64,000 nt of DNA, taken from Lentisphaeria bacterium. GTDB lineage: Bacteria; Verrucomicrobiota; Lentisphaeria; JABSQK01; JAWLHB01. Shown piece after piece: positions 39,841 through 48,236 of the stretch. A program made the translations under genes and the position numbers. The DNA lies in NCBI GenBank assembly GCA_041690595.1, contig JAWLHB010000021.1, positions 1 through 64,000 on the forward strand, in the 5' to 3' direction. The notes below the pieces were generated by a model. It had not been told where the DNA came from. It saw nothing but the letters and a program-made list of their open reading frames with translations, and did not search any database. Within the stretch, counting starts at the first letter, position 1; every line of letters begins with the position of its first letter.

Positions 39841-39866
39841 ACGTCTTCACCAAAGCGGGGCCTGCA

Positions 39867-40586
39867 ATGTTTCGACGAATCGCGGGTGCGATTGTGTGCG
39901 TAACGGTGCTGTTCGGCATCAGCAGTTGTCAGAACTTCAACATGCAGGATGCCATCAGTGTGCTCGATGGCCAACGCGAGTTGACACCGGAAACCATTGC
40001 CTCCGGCCTCAAGGAGGCAATCCGCATCGGTGCCGAGCGCGCCAGCACCAGCGCCGCCGCCGATGGCGCTTACACCGGTGACACCGCCCTGCACATCCCC
40101 CTGCCCGAGCAACTGCAGACGGTCGCCTCCACCCTTCGCAAGGTCGGCCTTGGCGGACAGGTCGATCTCTTCGAGCGCAAGATGAACGAGGCCGCCGAAC
40201 AGGCCGCCCTCACCGCCGCTCCCGTCTTTGCCGACGCGGTGCGCGATCTCACCTTTACCGATGTGAAGGAGATCTGGCAGGGCGGCCCCACCGCCGCCAC
40301 CGATTACTTTCGCGAGAAGACCACGCCACGCCTGACGGCGCTCTACCAGCCGATCGTCGAGCGGAAGCTCGTCGAAGTCGGCGCCGTGCGTACCTACGAT
40401 ACCCTGATGCAGCGCTACCGGCAGATACCCCTCGTGCCGCAACCGCAATTCTCGTTGACCGACTACGCCACCACCGAGTCCCTGAACGGACTCTTCTCCC
40501 TGCTGGCACAGGAAGAGGCGCGGATCCGCCAGGATCCCGCCGCCAGGAGCACCGAGCTGCTGCGCCGCGTCTTCGGCAGCCGCTGA
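39867..40586 (+). CDS. DUF4197 family lipoprotein
   Basis: Lipobox ISSC, GLKEAI.IG, MNEAAEQA, AATDYFRE, EEARIRQDPAARSTELLRRVFG. Confidence 0.9.
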   Translation: MFRRIAGAIVCVTVLFGISSCQNFNMQDAISVLDGQRELTPETIASGLKEAIRIGAERASTSAAADGAYTGDTALHIPLPEQLQTVASTLRKVGLGGQVDLFERKMNEAAEQAALTAAPVFADAVRDLTFTDVKEIWQGGPTAATDYFREKTTPRLTALYQPIVERKLVEVGAVRTYDTLMQRYRQIPLVPQPQFSLTDYATTESLNGLFSLLAQEEARIRQDPAARSTELLRRVFGSR

Positions 40587-40616
40587 ACGATCGCCGCGCT
40601 TCCCCCGGCGATAAGG

Positions 40617-40656
40617 CAAGAAAGAACCCCCGGCGCGATTGCCGCACCGGGGGTTC
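40617..40656 (-). terminator. Intrinsic terminator of fba
   Basis: Minus strand gaacccccggtgcg-gcaat-cgcgccgggggttc followed by tttcttg. Confidence 0.8.
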
Positions 40657-40686
40657 CAGGATTCCAAACAGCAGTAGCGCGATCGC

Positions 40687-41709
40687 TTACTTGCTGTAGA
40701 AGGTGACCAGGTCCTTGCAGGACCGAATCTTGATCTTGTCCGCCTTACCGGCCTGGCCGAAGGCTTCCATGCGGATCTTGCACTCTTCGTACATGGCCTG
40801 ACGAGCAGGACCGAGGTACTTGCGCGGATCGAACTCGTCCGGCTTCTGCGAGAAGATCTTGCGGATGGCACCCGTCATGGCAAGACGATTGTCGGTGTCG
40901 ACATTGATCTTGCGGACGCCGTGCTTGATGCCGCGCTGAATCTCTTCCAGCGGCACACCGTAGGCCGGCTTCAGTTGACCGCCGAACTCGTTGATGATGT
41001 CGCGGAGCCGTTGCGGCAGGCTGGAGGAGCCGTGCATGACGATGTGCGCGTTGGGCAGGCGACGGTGAATCTCTTCGATCACGTCCATGCGCAACACTTC
41101 GCCGGTCGGCTTCTTCTTGAACTTGTAGGCGCCGTGGCTGGTGCCGATGGCGACTGCCAGGGCATCCACGCCCGTGCGGTTGACGAAGTCTTCCGCCTGG
41201 ACCGGATCCGTCAGGTGGGCAGCGGCTTCTTCTTCGCTCAGGCCGGCACCATGACCGTCTTCGATACCACCGAGGCAGCCGAGTTCGGCTTCGACCGTGA
41301 TGCCACGGGCATGCGCCGCGGCCACGACTTTCTTCGTCACATCGACGTTGTACTCATAGGAAGCCGGCGTCTTGCCGTCAGCCTGCAGGGAGCCGTCCAT
41401 CATCACGGAGGTGAAGCCGTTCTCGATGGCGCTCATGCAGGTTTCGAAGCTGTTGCCGTGATCCAGATGCATGCAGAGCGGAATGTGCGGGTAAAGCTCG
41501 GAAGCGGCAATCATCAGGTGACGCAGATAATTGTCGTTGGTGTAGTCGCGTGCTCCCCGGGACGCCTGGATGATCACCGGCGAGTTCGTCTCGTCGGCAG
41601 CCTGCATGATCGCCTGAATCTGCTCCATGTTATTCACGTTCAGGGCGGCGATACCATAGTCATTTTCCGCAGCGTGATCCAACAGGATGCGCATGGGTAC
41701 GAGTGGCAT
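40687..41709 (-). CDS. fba: Fructose-bisphosphate aldolase class II
   Basis: NVNNMEQ, HLDHG, GFTSVMMDGS, AIGTSHGAYKF, VMHGSS, KINVDTD, FDPRKYL; SD aaggag. Confidence 0.97.
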   Translation of the reverse strand: MPLVPMRILLDHAAENDYGIAALNVNNMEQIQAIMQAADETNSPVIIQASRGARDYTNDNYLRHLMIAASELYPHIPLCMHLDHGNSFETCMSAIENGFTSVMMDGSLQADGKTPASYEYNVDVTKKVVAAAHARGITVEAELGCLGGIEDGHGAGLSEEEAAAHLTDPVQAEDFVNRTGVDALAVAIGTSHGAYKFKKKPTGEVLRMDVIEEIHRRLPNAHIVMHGSSSLPQRLRDIINEFGGQLKPAYGVPLEEIQRGIKHGVRKINVDTDNRLAMTGAIRKIFSQKPDEFDPRKYLGPARQAMYEECKIRMEAFGQAGKADKIKIRSCKDLVTFYSK

Positions 41710-41768
41710 GTTCGAACTCCTTTGTTTTGGTTGTGTCCCCTGCCTCCCCAGAACAAGGTCGACAAGAA

Positions 41769-42878
41769 TTATCCACCGACGCGGCGCGTGGCCAGCGTCA
41801 ACTCCTGTAGTCGTTTGGGGTCCACCGCCCTGCCAAGGCAAGGCTGGCGAGCAGGTAGTATACTACCTGGCGACGACATTTCCAGTTCAGGCTCCGCCAT
41901 AACGAAATCGTAGTACCGCCGCGAGAGGAGATTGGCGCTGGGCAGCGTCACGCCGGGCAGCGTCGAAAGCGCAAGGTTGATGGCCGCACCGACTTCCGAC
42001 TCCAGCATGCTGCCCACCCAGAGATCGACGCCTCCCGCCACGCAGAGGTCGCGTATGGCCAGGCACTCCTGGAGGCCACCGACCCTCCCGGGCTTCAGAC
42101 AGATCGCCCGGCAGGCGCCGAGACGGATGGCAGCCTCGGCATCGCGCCGACAGGTGATGCTTTCATCCAGGCAGATGGGGGTGCGCAGACGCCGCTGCAG
42201 GATCGCATGATCGGCGAGATCGCGCCAGTGCAGCGGCTGCTCTATCAGGGAGAGGCCCAGCTCGTCAATCGCCTCGAACAGGGGGATGTCCGCCAGCGTA
42301 TACGCGCCGTTGCAGTCCACCTGCAGGGGAGCGGCGGGAAAAGCGCCGCGCACCTCGCGAAGCATTTTCAGATCCCAGCCCGGCGCCATCTTCAGCTTGA
42401 TGCGGGAAAATCCAGCCGCCAAAGCCGCCCCGATACGGTCGAGAACTCCCGACATCGGCGGCGAAACGCCGACAGCTTCGCCGAGCCGGACCGGACGCTC
42501 GTCGCCGCCCAGCAGCAGGTGCAGCGGCTGCTCGCGGCGAACGGCTTCCAGCGACCACCAGAGCATCTCGACCGCCGCCTTCGCAAAGCTGTTGCCGCGG
42601 TAGGGCGTCAGCAGGTCGTTGACCGCCGCCGCATCGTCCAGCTGCCGGCCCACGACCAGAGGCGCAAAGAGTTGCTCGATCAGCAGCGCGCACGTGGCCG
42701 CGGTATCCGGCAGATAGAGGGGCAGACCATGCGGGCAGCTCTCGACCCACGCTTCCGCGTCGCCGGCGCGCCCGTGAAGATAAACCGTCTCGACCGCGTC
42801 GATGATGCCCGCCGAGGTGCGCCACGGCTCACGGAGCGGCAGCCGGAGATGATGGATGTCCAGTCGATCGATGCGCAT
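41769..42878 (-). CDS. o-Succinylbenzoate synthase / N-acylamino acid racemase (enolase superfamily)
   Basis: RIKLKMAPG, VDCNGAY, IEQP, ICLDESI, KPGRVGG, GSMLES; physiological role (menC vs racemase) unresolved. Confidence 0.85.
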   Translation of the reverse strand: MRIDRLDIHHLRLPLREPWRTSAGIIDAVETVYLHGRAGDAEAWVESCPHGLPLYLPDTAATCALLIEQLFAPLVVGRQLDDAAAVNDLLTPYRGNSFAKAAVEMLWWSLEAVRREQPLHLLLGGDERPVRLGEAVGVSPPMSGVLDRIGAALAAGFSRIKLKMAPGWDLKMLREVRGAFPAAPLQVDCNGAYTLADIPLFEAIDELGLSLIEQPLHWRDLADHAILQRRLRTPICLDESITCRRDAEAAIRLGACRAICLKPGRVGGLQECLAIRDLCVAGGVDLWVGSMLESEVGAAINLALSTLPGVTLPSANLLSRRYYDFVMAEPELEMSSPGSILPARQPCLGRAVDPKRLQELTLATRRVGG

Positions 42879-42942
42879 GTACCTTTTCCGGTTTGATGTA
42901 GGGTAGCCGAGGCGGCGCCAAATGCAACCGCCCACGACAGGG

Positions 42943-44640
42943 TCATTCCAAGACGAGCGACTCGACAATGGCCAGCTCGCCGCCGATCATCTGATGGTTG
43001 GGGGCGCCCGGCGGCACCATCGGATAGACCTTCTCCATCACCTCGATGGGCGCGTGGATCAGGCAGGGGCCACTGCTGCCGAGGGCATAGTCGAGCACCG
43101 CCTCGGGATTGGCCGCACCGCCCAGATCATGGCTTTCCATGCCGCAGGCACGCGCCAGCGCACAGAAGTCGGGCGTATGCTGGAAGTCGCTGGCGAAGAG
43201 GCGGTTCTCGTAGAAGAGTTCCTGCTGCTGGTGCACCAGCCCAAGCGAACGGTTGTTCATGAGCACGATCTTGAGATTGCAGTTCTCCTCCACCGCGGTG
43301 ATCAGCTCCTGGAGGTTCATGAGGAGGCTGCCGTCGCCGGTGAAGCAGACCACCTGGCGCTCCGGGAAGGCAAGCGCGGCGCCGATGGCGGCCGGGAGAC
43401 CGAAGCCCATGGTGCCGAGCCCACCGCTGGTCAGCCACTGGCGGGACCGGCGGAAGGGATAGGTTTGGGCGGTCCACATCTGGTGCTGGCCCACGTCGGT
43501 GGCGATGATCGCTTCATCGCCCACGCCCTCCGCCACCCGGCGAATGAGGCCACAGGGGGTGCGGGGATCGTCGCCACCGGGAAGGAGGAGCGGATGCGCC
43601 GCCTTGAGCCTGGCGATGCGCTGGAGCCACGCTCTCCGAGGCCGCGGATGCAGGCGCGGCAGGAGCGCCTCGATCACCTGTCCGAGGTCGCCGGAGATGC
43701 CCACATGAGCCCGGCGGATCTTGTTGATCTCCCCCGGATCGATGTCGATGTGGATGATGTCGGCGTCGGGGCAGAAGGCGTTGGCCTGGCCGATGGCGCG
43801 ATCGTCGAAGCGGGAGCCGGCAGCGATCAGCAGGTCGCATTCCTGAAGCGCAAGGTTGGTGTAGCGGGCGCCATGCATGCCGAGCATGCCCAGAGAGAGC
43901 GGATGGTCCATCGGCATCGCGCCGAGCCCCATCAAGGTCATCGTCGTCGGCAGGCTGCACATTTCGGCCAGGCGCGTGGCCAGCTCGCCCGCACCCGAGG
44001 CGATGGCGCCGCCGCCGAGATAGAGGATCGGCCGTGCCGCGGCATCGATCATCGCCGCCGCGCGTGCGATGGCAGTCGGATCGAGTTCGGGAAGCGGCTC
44101 CGGTTCACCGGGTTCCGGCCAGGCCGCGACGTCGATGCTCTGCAGTTGCACATCCTTGGGCACGTCGATGAGCACCGGTCCCGGCCGACCGCTGGCGGCG
44201 AGTCGAAAGGCCATGGGGATGAGGGTCAGCAGCTCCGCGGCGGACTTCGCCATGAAGGCTCCTTTGGTGAAGGAAGCGCAGATGTCGCAGGTATTCACCT
44301 CCTGGAAGGCCATGGTACCGAGCAACGATGTCGGCACCTGCCCCGTGATGCAGATGATGGGAATGGAATCGAGCCAGGCATCGGCGATGGCCGTGAGCGT
44401 ATTGGTGGCGCCTGGGCCGCTGGTGGCAAAGCAGATGGCCGGCCGCCCCGTGGCGCGGGCCATGCCCTGGGCCATGAAGGCTGCCCCCTGTTCATGGCGG
44501 GCGAGGATATGGCGAATCCGGCGACTCTGGCCAAGGGCGTCGTAGAGCGGCAGATTCGCCCCACCCGGAATGCCGGGAATGAGCCGAATGCCCTGCCGCT
44601 CGAGCAGGTGGATGATGATCTGGGCGCCTGTGTATCGCAT
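42943..44640 (-). CDS. ilvB: Acetolactate synthase large subunit (AHAS I type)
   Basis: GIPGGANLPLYDAL, RHEQGA, SGPGATN, GMLGMHG, DVGQHQMW, GDGSL.MN, KVYPMVPPGA; SD aaggag. Confidence 0.96.
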   Translation of the reverse strand: MRYTGAQIIIHLLERQGIRLIPGIPGGANLPLYDALGQSRRIRHILARHEQGAAFMAQGMARATGRPAICFATSGPGATNTLTAIADAWLDSIPIICITGQVPTSLLGTMAFQEVNTCDICASFTKGAFMAKSAAELLTLIPMAFRLAASGRPGPVLIDVPKDVQLQSIDVAAWPEPGEPEPLPELDPTAIARAAAMIDAAARPILYLGGGAIASGAGELATRLAEMCSLPTTMTLMGLGAMPMDHPLSLGMLGMHGARYTNLALQECDLLIAAGSRFDDRAIGQANAFCPDADIIHIDIDPGEINKIRRAHVGISGDLGQVIEALLPRLHPRPRRAWLQRIARLKAAHPLLLPGGDDPRTPCGLIRRVAEGVGDEAIIATDVGQHQMWTAQTYPFRRSRQWLTSGGLGTMGFGLPAAIGAALAFPERQVVCFTGDGSLLMNLQELITAVEENCNLKIVLMNNRSLGLVHQQQELFYENRLFASDFQHTPDFCALARACGMESHDLGGAANPEAVLDYALGSSGPCLIHAPIEVMEKVYPMVPPGAPNHQMIGGELAIVESLVLE

Positions 44641-44778
44641 GGTCTCTCCTTGTTGGTTGGTGGCGGAGAAACCGGCGGAGCGCTGCTGAGTCCAAGATCC
44701 GGACATAGACCAACCCCGCCGGCCGCTCGCGCCGTCGGGGTGCATCGCTTGAAAAGCGTCCCGCTACGGCGCGAGGCC
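44641..44778 (-). promoter_or_regulatory. Attenuator RNA structures of the ilvB leader
   Basis: Hairpin 44712-44741 competes with the antiterminator arm 44760-44778; anti-SD hairpin 44641-44673. Confidence 0.8.
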
Positions 44779-44859
44779 GATAACGACCACGACAGCCAGC
44801 AGCAGGCTCCGAACCTGGCGGTTCGACGCATTTCCACATTTACTGGTCGTCGTCATCAT
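44764..44859 (-). CDS. ilvB leader peptide MMTTTSKCGNASNRQVRSLLLAVVVVIGLAP
   Basis: 31 codons with Leu3, Val4 and Ile control codons; C-terminus resembles E. coli IvbL (...VVVVVGNAP); SD-like aagga. Confidence 0.85.
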   Translation of the reverse strand: MMTTTSKCGNASNRQVRSLLLAVVVVIGLAP

Positions 44860-44894
44860 GGGGCGGGTTCCTTCAGAGCGGTTGTTAAGTGCGT

Positions 44895-44923
44895 AGTATA
44901 GCCAATTCGTGCCGCCTCTGCAA
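44895..44923 (-). promoter_or_regulatory. Sigma70 promoter of the ilvB leader
   Basis: TTGCAG-N17-TATACT on the minus strand. Confidence 0.6.
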
Positions 44924-44999
44924 ATGCCGGCGGCAGGAATTTCCGCATCGAGTGGGAAAAAAGAGGTCGGCAAGGCATGGCGTGACCACGGCGGGTTCG

Positions 45000-45016
45000 C
45001 TGGCATGAGCTTTGCG
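45000..45016 (+). promoter_or_regulatory. Sigma54 (-24/-12) promoter of the flagellar operon
   Basis: CTGGCATGAGCTTTGCG matches TGGCAC-N5-TTGC; about 50 nt upstream of flgD. Confidence 0.75.
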
Positions 45017-45063
45017 AGTAGGGTCAGCAACAGCAGTTTTCGACACCCACCGGAGAGATACAC

Positions 45064-45543
45064 ATGGATGTGCAGGCCACCACGACCGACGGCGCTTACA
45101 ACGGCTACGCGCCACTGCAATCGCAGATGATCGACAAAAGCGATTTTCTGCGCCTCCTGGTCAATCAGGTACAGCACCAGGATCCGCTGAACCCCATGAG
45201 CAATGAAGAGTTCGTGGGCCAGTTGACGCAGTTCAGCATCCTGGAGCAGAACCAGAATCTCAACTCGACGGTGCAGGCCCTCATGCAGCGGGGCGACATG
45301 CAGTACGCCGCATCGCTGGTGGGGCGGCATGTCGTCACCATGAGTGGCGAAACGACGATTTCGGGCCGCGTGGAATCCATCACCTTTGTGGATGGCGCTG
45401 AACCGCGGCTGACGATCAACGGGCAGCAGGTGCCACTCTCGGCAGTGATCGAGGTCACCGCCACAACGACCGAGCCGGCCACCGAGGAACCCGTTGTCGA
45501 TGAGCCAACAAGTACGCAACCATCTGAGGAGACTGAGCTATGA
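45064..45543 (+). CDS. flgD: Flagellar hook capping protein
   Basis: DFLRLLVNQVQHQDPLNPMSNEEFVGQLTQFS.LEQ..NLN; AASLVGR. Confidence 0.95.
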   Translation: MDVQATTTDGAYNGYAPLQSQMIDKSDFLRLLVNQVQHQDPLNPMSNEEFVGQLTQFSILEQNQNLNSTVQALMQRGDMQYAASLVGRHVVTMSGETTISGRVESITFVDGAEPRLTINGQQVPLSAVIEVTATTTEPATEEPVVDEPTSTQPSEETEL

Positions 45544-46358
45544 GCACGAATGCAATTCTGGTCGGCCGCGATGCCATGTTGGCGCAGACCCTGAAACTCA
45601 ACGTGATTGGCGATAATATCGCCAACAGCAACACGGTCGGCTACAAAGGGCGACGCGTTGTCTTTGCGGATCGCCTTGGCTTCTACACCGGCTCCACCTG
45701 GGCAAACGGTCTCCGGTCAAGTACCGGTCGGGGCGTCATGATCGGCGGCGGCACGACCGACTGGACGAGCGGCGTCATTGGCGACACGGGCGCTGCCACG
45801 CATCTGGCCATCTCCGGCGAAGGGATGCTGCCGGTCCAGTTGAACGGCACCACCTACTACACCCGTACCGGGGACTTCACCATGGTCGAGACCGGCCCCA
45901 ACACCGGCGAGTACCAGCTGATGCGCGCCGACGGCTCCGTCCTGATGGGAGGAACCGCCGATGCCAATGGTGTCGTGACCTTGAGCGGCCCCGTCACCAT
46001 TACCGGCAATCCTTCCGATCTGCGCTTCACGCAGGATGGGCTGGTGAGTGCCACCGGCGCGACGGTCACCAATGGTGAGATCGGCATTCAGCGTTTTGCC
46101 AATCCGGATGCCCTGACCCGCCGCGGCATGGGGCTCTACGAGACCACGGAATTGAGCGGCCCCGCCGGCCAGAATCCCGTTAAACCCGGTTCGGACGGTG
46201 GGGGTACTCTGGTGCAGGGCGCTCTGGAACAGTCCAACGTCGATCTCGTGAACGAGTTTTCGGAGCTGATCATTACGCAGCGCGCCTACCAGGCAAACTC
46301 GCGCACGATCACCACGGCTAACGAGATGCTGCAGGAAGTCCTGAACATCAAGCGCTGA
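45540..46358 (+). CDS. flgE: Flagellar hook protein, short form
   Basis: VIGDNIANSNTVGYK, YTRTGDF, GALEQSNVDLVNEFSELIITQRAYQANSRTITT; follows flgD. Confidence 0.85.
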   Translation: MSTNAILVGRDAMLAQTLKLNVIGDNIANSNTVGYKGRRVVFADRLGFYTGSTWANGLRSSTGRGVMIGGGTTDWTSGVIGDTGAATHLAISGEGMLPVQLNGTTYYTRTGDFTMVETGPNTGEYQLMRADGSVLMGGTADANGVVTLSGPVTITGNPSDLRFTQDGLVSATGATVTNGEIGIQRFANPDALTRRGMGLYETTELSGPAGQNPVKPGSDGGGTLVQGALEQSNVDLVNEFSELIITQRAYQANSRTITTANEMLQEVLNIKR

Positions 46359-46421
46359 CGCCACGGGCACGACCGCGGCAAGGGTCGCAGCCGTAAGCGG
46401 CGGAAGCAGAGAGAACCAACC

Positions 46422-46670
46422 ATGATATTAGTCACTGACATATCCGGATCGCGCATCTACCTCAACTCGGATCTGATCGAGCGGGTAGAGTGTGTGCCGG
46501 ACACCATCATCTTCCTGGCCAACGGTCATCGCTACATCATCCGGGAATCGCCGGCGGACGTGGTTCGGCTGATCGAGGGCCACAAGCGGCGCAGCACCTT
46601 AAGTCACCACCAACAGCATACGCAACGGGCGCGATACAGACTGCATTCGACGGCAGCCTGCCGCCCATAG
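46422..46670 (+). CDS. flbD: Flagellar FlbD (SwrD) family protein
   Basis: MILVT..SG..IYLNSDLIERVECVPDTIIFLANG..YIIRES. Confidence 0.92.
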   Translation: MILVTDISGSRIYLNSDLIERVECVPDTIIFLANGHRYIIRESPADVVRLIEGHKRRSTLSHHQQHTQRARYRLHSTAACRP

Positions 46671-46679
46671 GATATTTCC

Positions 46680-47444
46680 ATGGACATCGGTACACTCGTT
46701 GGCGTTCTGCTTGGCTTGAGCATGATCCTTGGCTCGATCCTGCTCGGGGGCGGAGCCTCCGCCTTCATCCACATTCCTTCCATGGCGATCACGCTCGGCG
46801 GGACCGCCGCCGCCCTGCTGATCACCTATCCGCTGGCAAAAGTGAAGGCTGTTTTCGCGGTAACCAAGAAGATTCTGAACGCGGGAAACCTCGACATGAC
46901 GCCGTGGTACCAGACCTTGACGGGAATGGCTACCGTAGCCAGGCGGGATGGTTTGCTCGCCCTTGAAGCGGAAGTCGAGAAGATCGAAGACGAGTTTCTT
47001 CGCAAGGGAATCCAGATGATGATCGATGGCAGCTCCCCCGAAGTGCTCCAAGCGGTACTCGAGCAGGAGATCGTCAATCTCGAAGAACGCCATTCCATCG
47101 GCCACGGAATCTACAAGAGCATGGGCACCTACGCGCCCGCTTTCGGCATGATCGGCACCCTCATGGGGCTGGTGCAGATGCTGCGCAACCTCAACGACCC
47201 GAGCCAGATCGGTGGCGGCATGGCCGTGGCGCTGCTGACGACCTTCTATGGGGCCTTCTTCGCCAACCTCTTCTGCATTCCCATTCAGGGGAAGCTCGAG
47301 CAGCGGACCAATGAGGAAGTCGCCCTGAAGCGAATGCTCCTCTGCGGCATCCTCTCCATTCACGCCGGGGACAGCCCGCGCGTGGTGGGCGACAAGCTCC
47401 TCGTCTTCTTCGGCCCCGCCGATCGCGTCAACCTTACCAAGTAG
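46680..47444 (+). CDS. motA: Flagellar stator subunit A (PomA/MotP-like)
   Basis: ARRDGLLALE, DEFLRKGIQMMIDG, APAFGMIGTLMGLVQML, MAVALLTTFYG. Confidence 0.96.
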   Translation: MDIGTLVGVLLGLSMILGSILLGGGASAFIHIPSMAITLGGTAAALLITYPLAKVKAVFAVTKKILNAGNLDMTPWYQTLTGMATVARRDGLLALEAEVEKIEDEFLRKGIQMMIDGSSPEVLQAVLEQEIVNLEERHSIGHGIYKSMGTYAPAFGMIGTLMGLVQMLRNLNDPSQIGGGMAVALLTTFYGAFFANLFCIPIQGKLEQRTNEEVALKRMLLCGILSIHAGDSPRVVGDKLLVFFGPADRVNLTK

Positions 47445-47453
47445 GAGCCGTAC

Positions 47454-48227
47454 ATGGGCAAGAGCAGCGGCGAACCCACCTGCCCAACGTGGATGGTCAC
47501 CCTCGGCGACTGCATGTCGCTCCTGGTGACCTTTTTTGTTCTGCTCCTCACCTTCTCCACCGTGAAGGAAGATCAGTTGATGGAACTGCTCGGCGTCATC
47601 AACGGTGCGCTGAATACGGTCGACGACATGCGCATGCGGGATCCCGAGAACAAGCAGAGCCTGGAGGGACGCCGCGAGTTGAGCGAAGAGACCGCCAGCC
47701 GCGGGCGGTGGGATGCAAACTACGTCGATCAGCACAAGGTCGCGCCGATGAGTGTTCGCGAAGCGGTCATCCAGCAGCGCTACAACCTGATGAGTTCACG
47801 CCTGCAGAGTCTTGGCTTCGGCAAGAACCTGACTTTGGTGCAACTCGCCGAGGGTCTGTCGCTTCAGGTGAGGCTGGACTCCGTCTTCATGCCCGATGGC
47901 AAGAACCTCAAACCGGAAGCGTACGCCATCCTGGCGGCCTTTGCCGACCTGGCGCTGGAGGTCTCGAACGAGGTCCGCATCTCGCTGCTGGTGGGGACCG
48001 GCGACGGCGCTGGTGGTCAGAGTGACAGCCAGCTCCTGCCACAGGCTCTGACCGTCGGAGCAGTCCTCTCACGCCGCTTCAAAATCGTGCCTACACGCAT
48101 GTCCTATGGTCTTGGGCGTAACCCACAAGACGGCCAGGACCGGCTGGAATTGATGCTGATGGACGCCATCCGCGCTCACGACGTGGCCATGCGTGATGTC
48201 GTACGTAACAACACCGATGTCTGGTAA
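47454..48227 (+). CDS. motB: Flagellar stator subunit B, paralog 1 (Asp retained, degenerate OmpA-like domain)
   Basis: PTWMVTLGDCMSLLVTFFVLL; periplasmic domain lacks the GHTD and RA motifs. Confidence 0.88.
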   Translation: MGKSSGEPTCPTWMVTLGDCMSLLVTFFVLLLTFSTVKEDQLMELLGVINGALNTVDDMRMRDPENKQSLEGRRELSEETASRGRWDANYVDQHKVAPMSVREAVIQQRYNLMSSRLQSLGFGKNLTLVQLAEGLSLQVRLDSVFMPDGKNLKPEAYAILAAFADLALEVSNEVRISLLVGTGDGAGGQSDSQLLPQALTVGAVLSRRFKIVPTRMSYGLGRNPQDGQDRLELMLMDAIRAHDVAMRDVVRNNTDVW

Positions 48228-48236
48228 CACAACACC

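Noticed and set aside
42922..44901. 659-aa plus-strand ORF and similar long antisense ORFs (e.g. 1717-2961, 5104-6336, 30035-31450, 49762-51042)
   Set aside because: They shadow clearly recognisable genes on the opposite strand, as expected in high-GC DNA, and show no motifs
44899..44914. CGGCACGAATTGGC as a minus-strand sigma54 site
   Set aside because: GG-to-GC spacing is 9 rather than 10, and it lies in the spacer of a good sigma70 promoter
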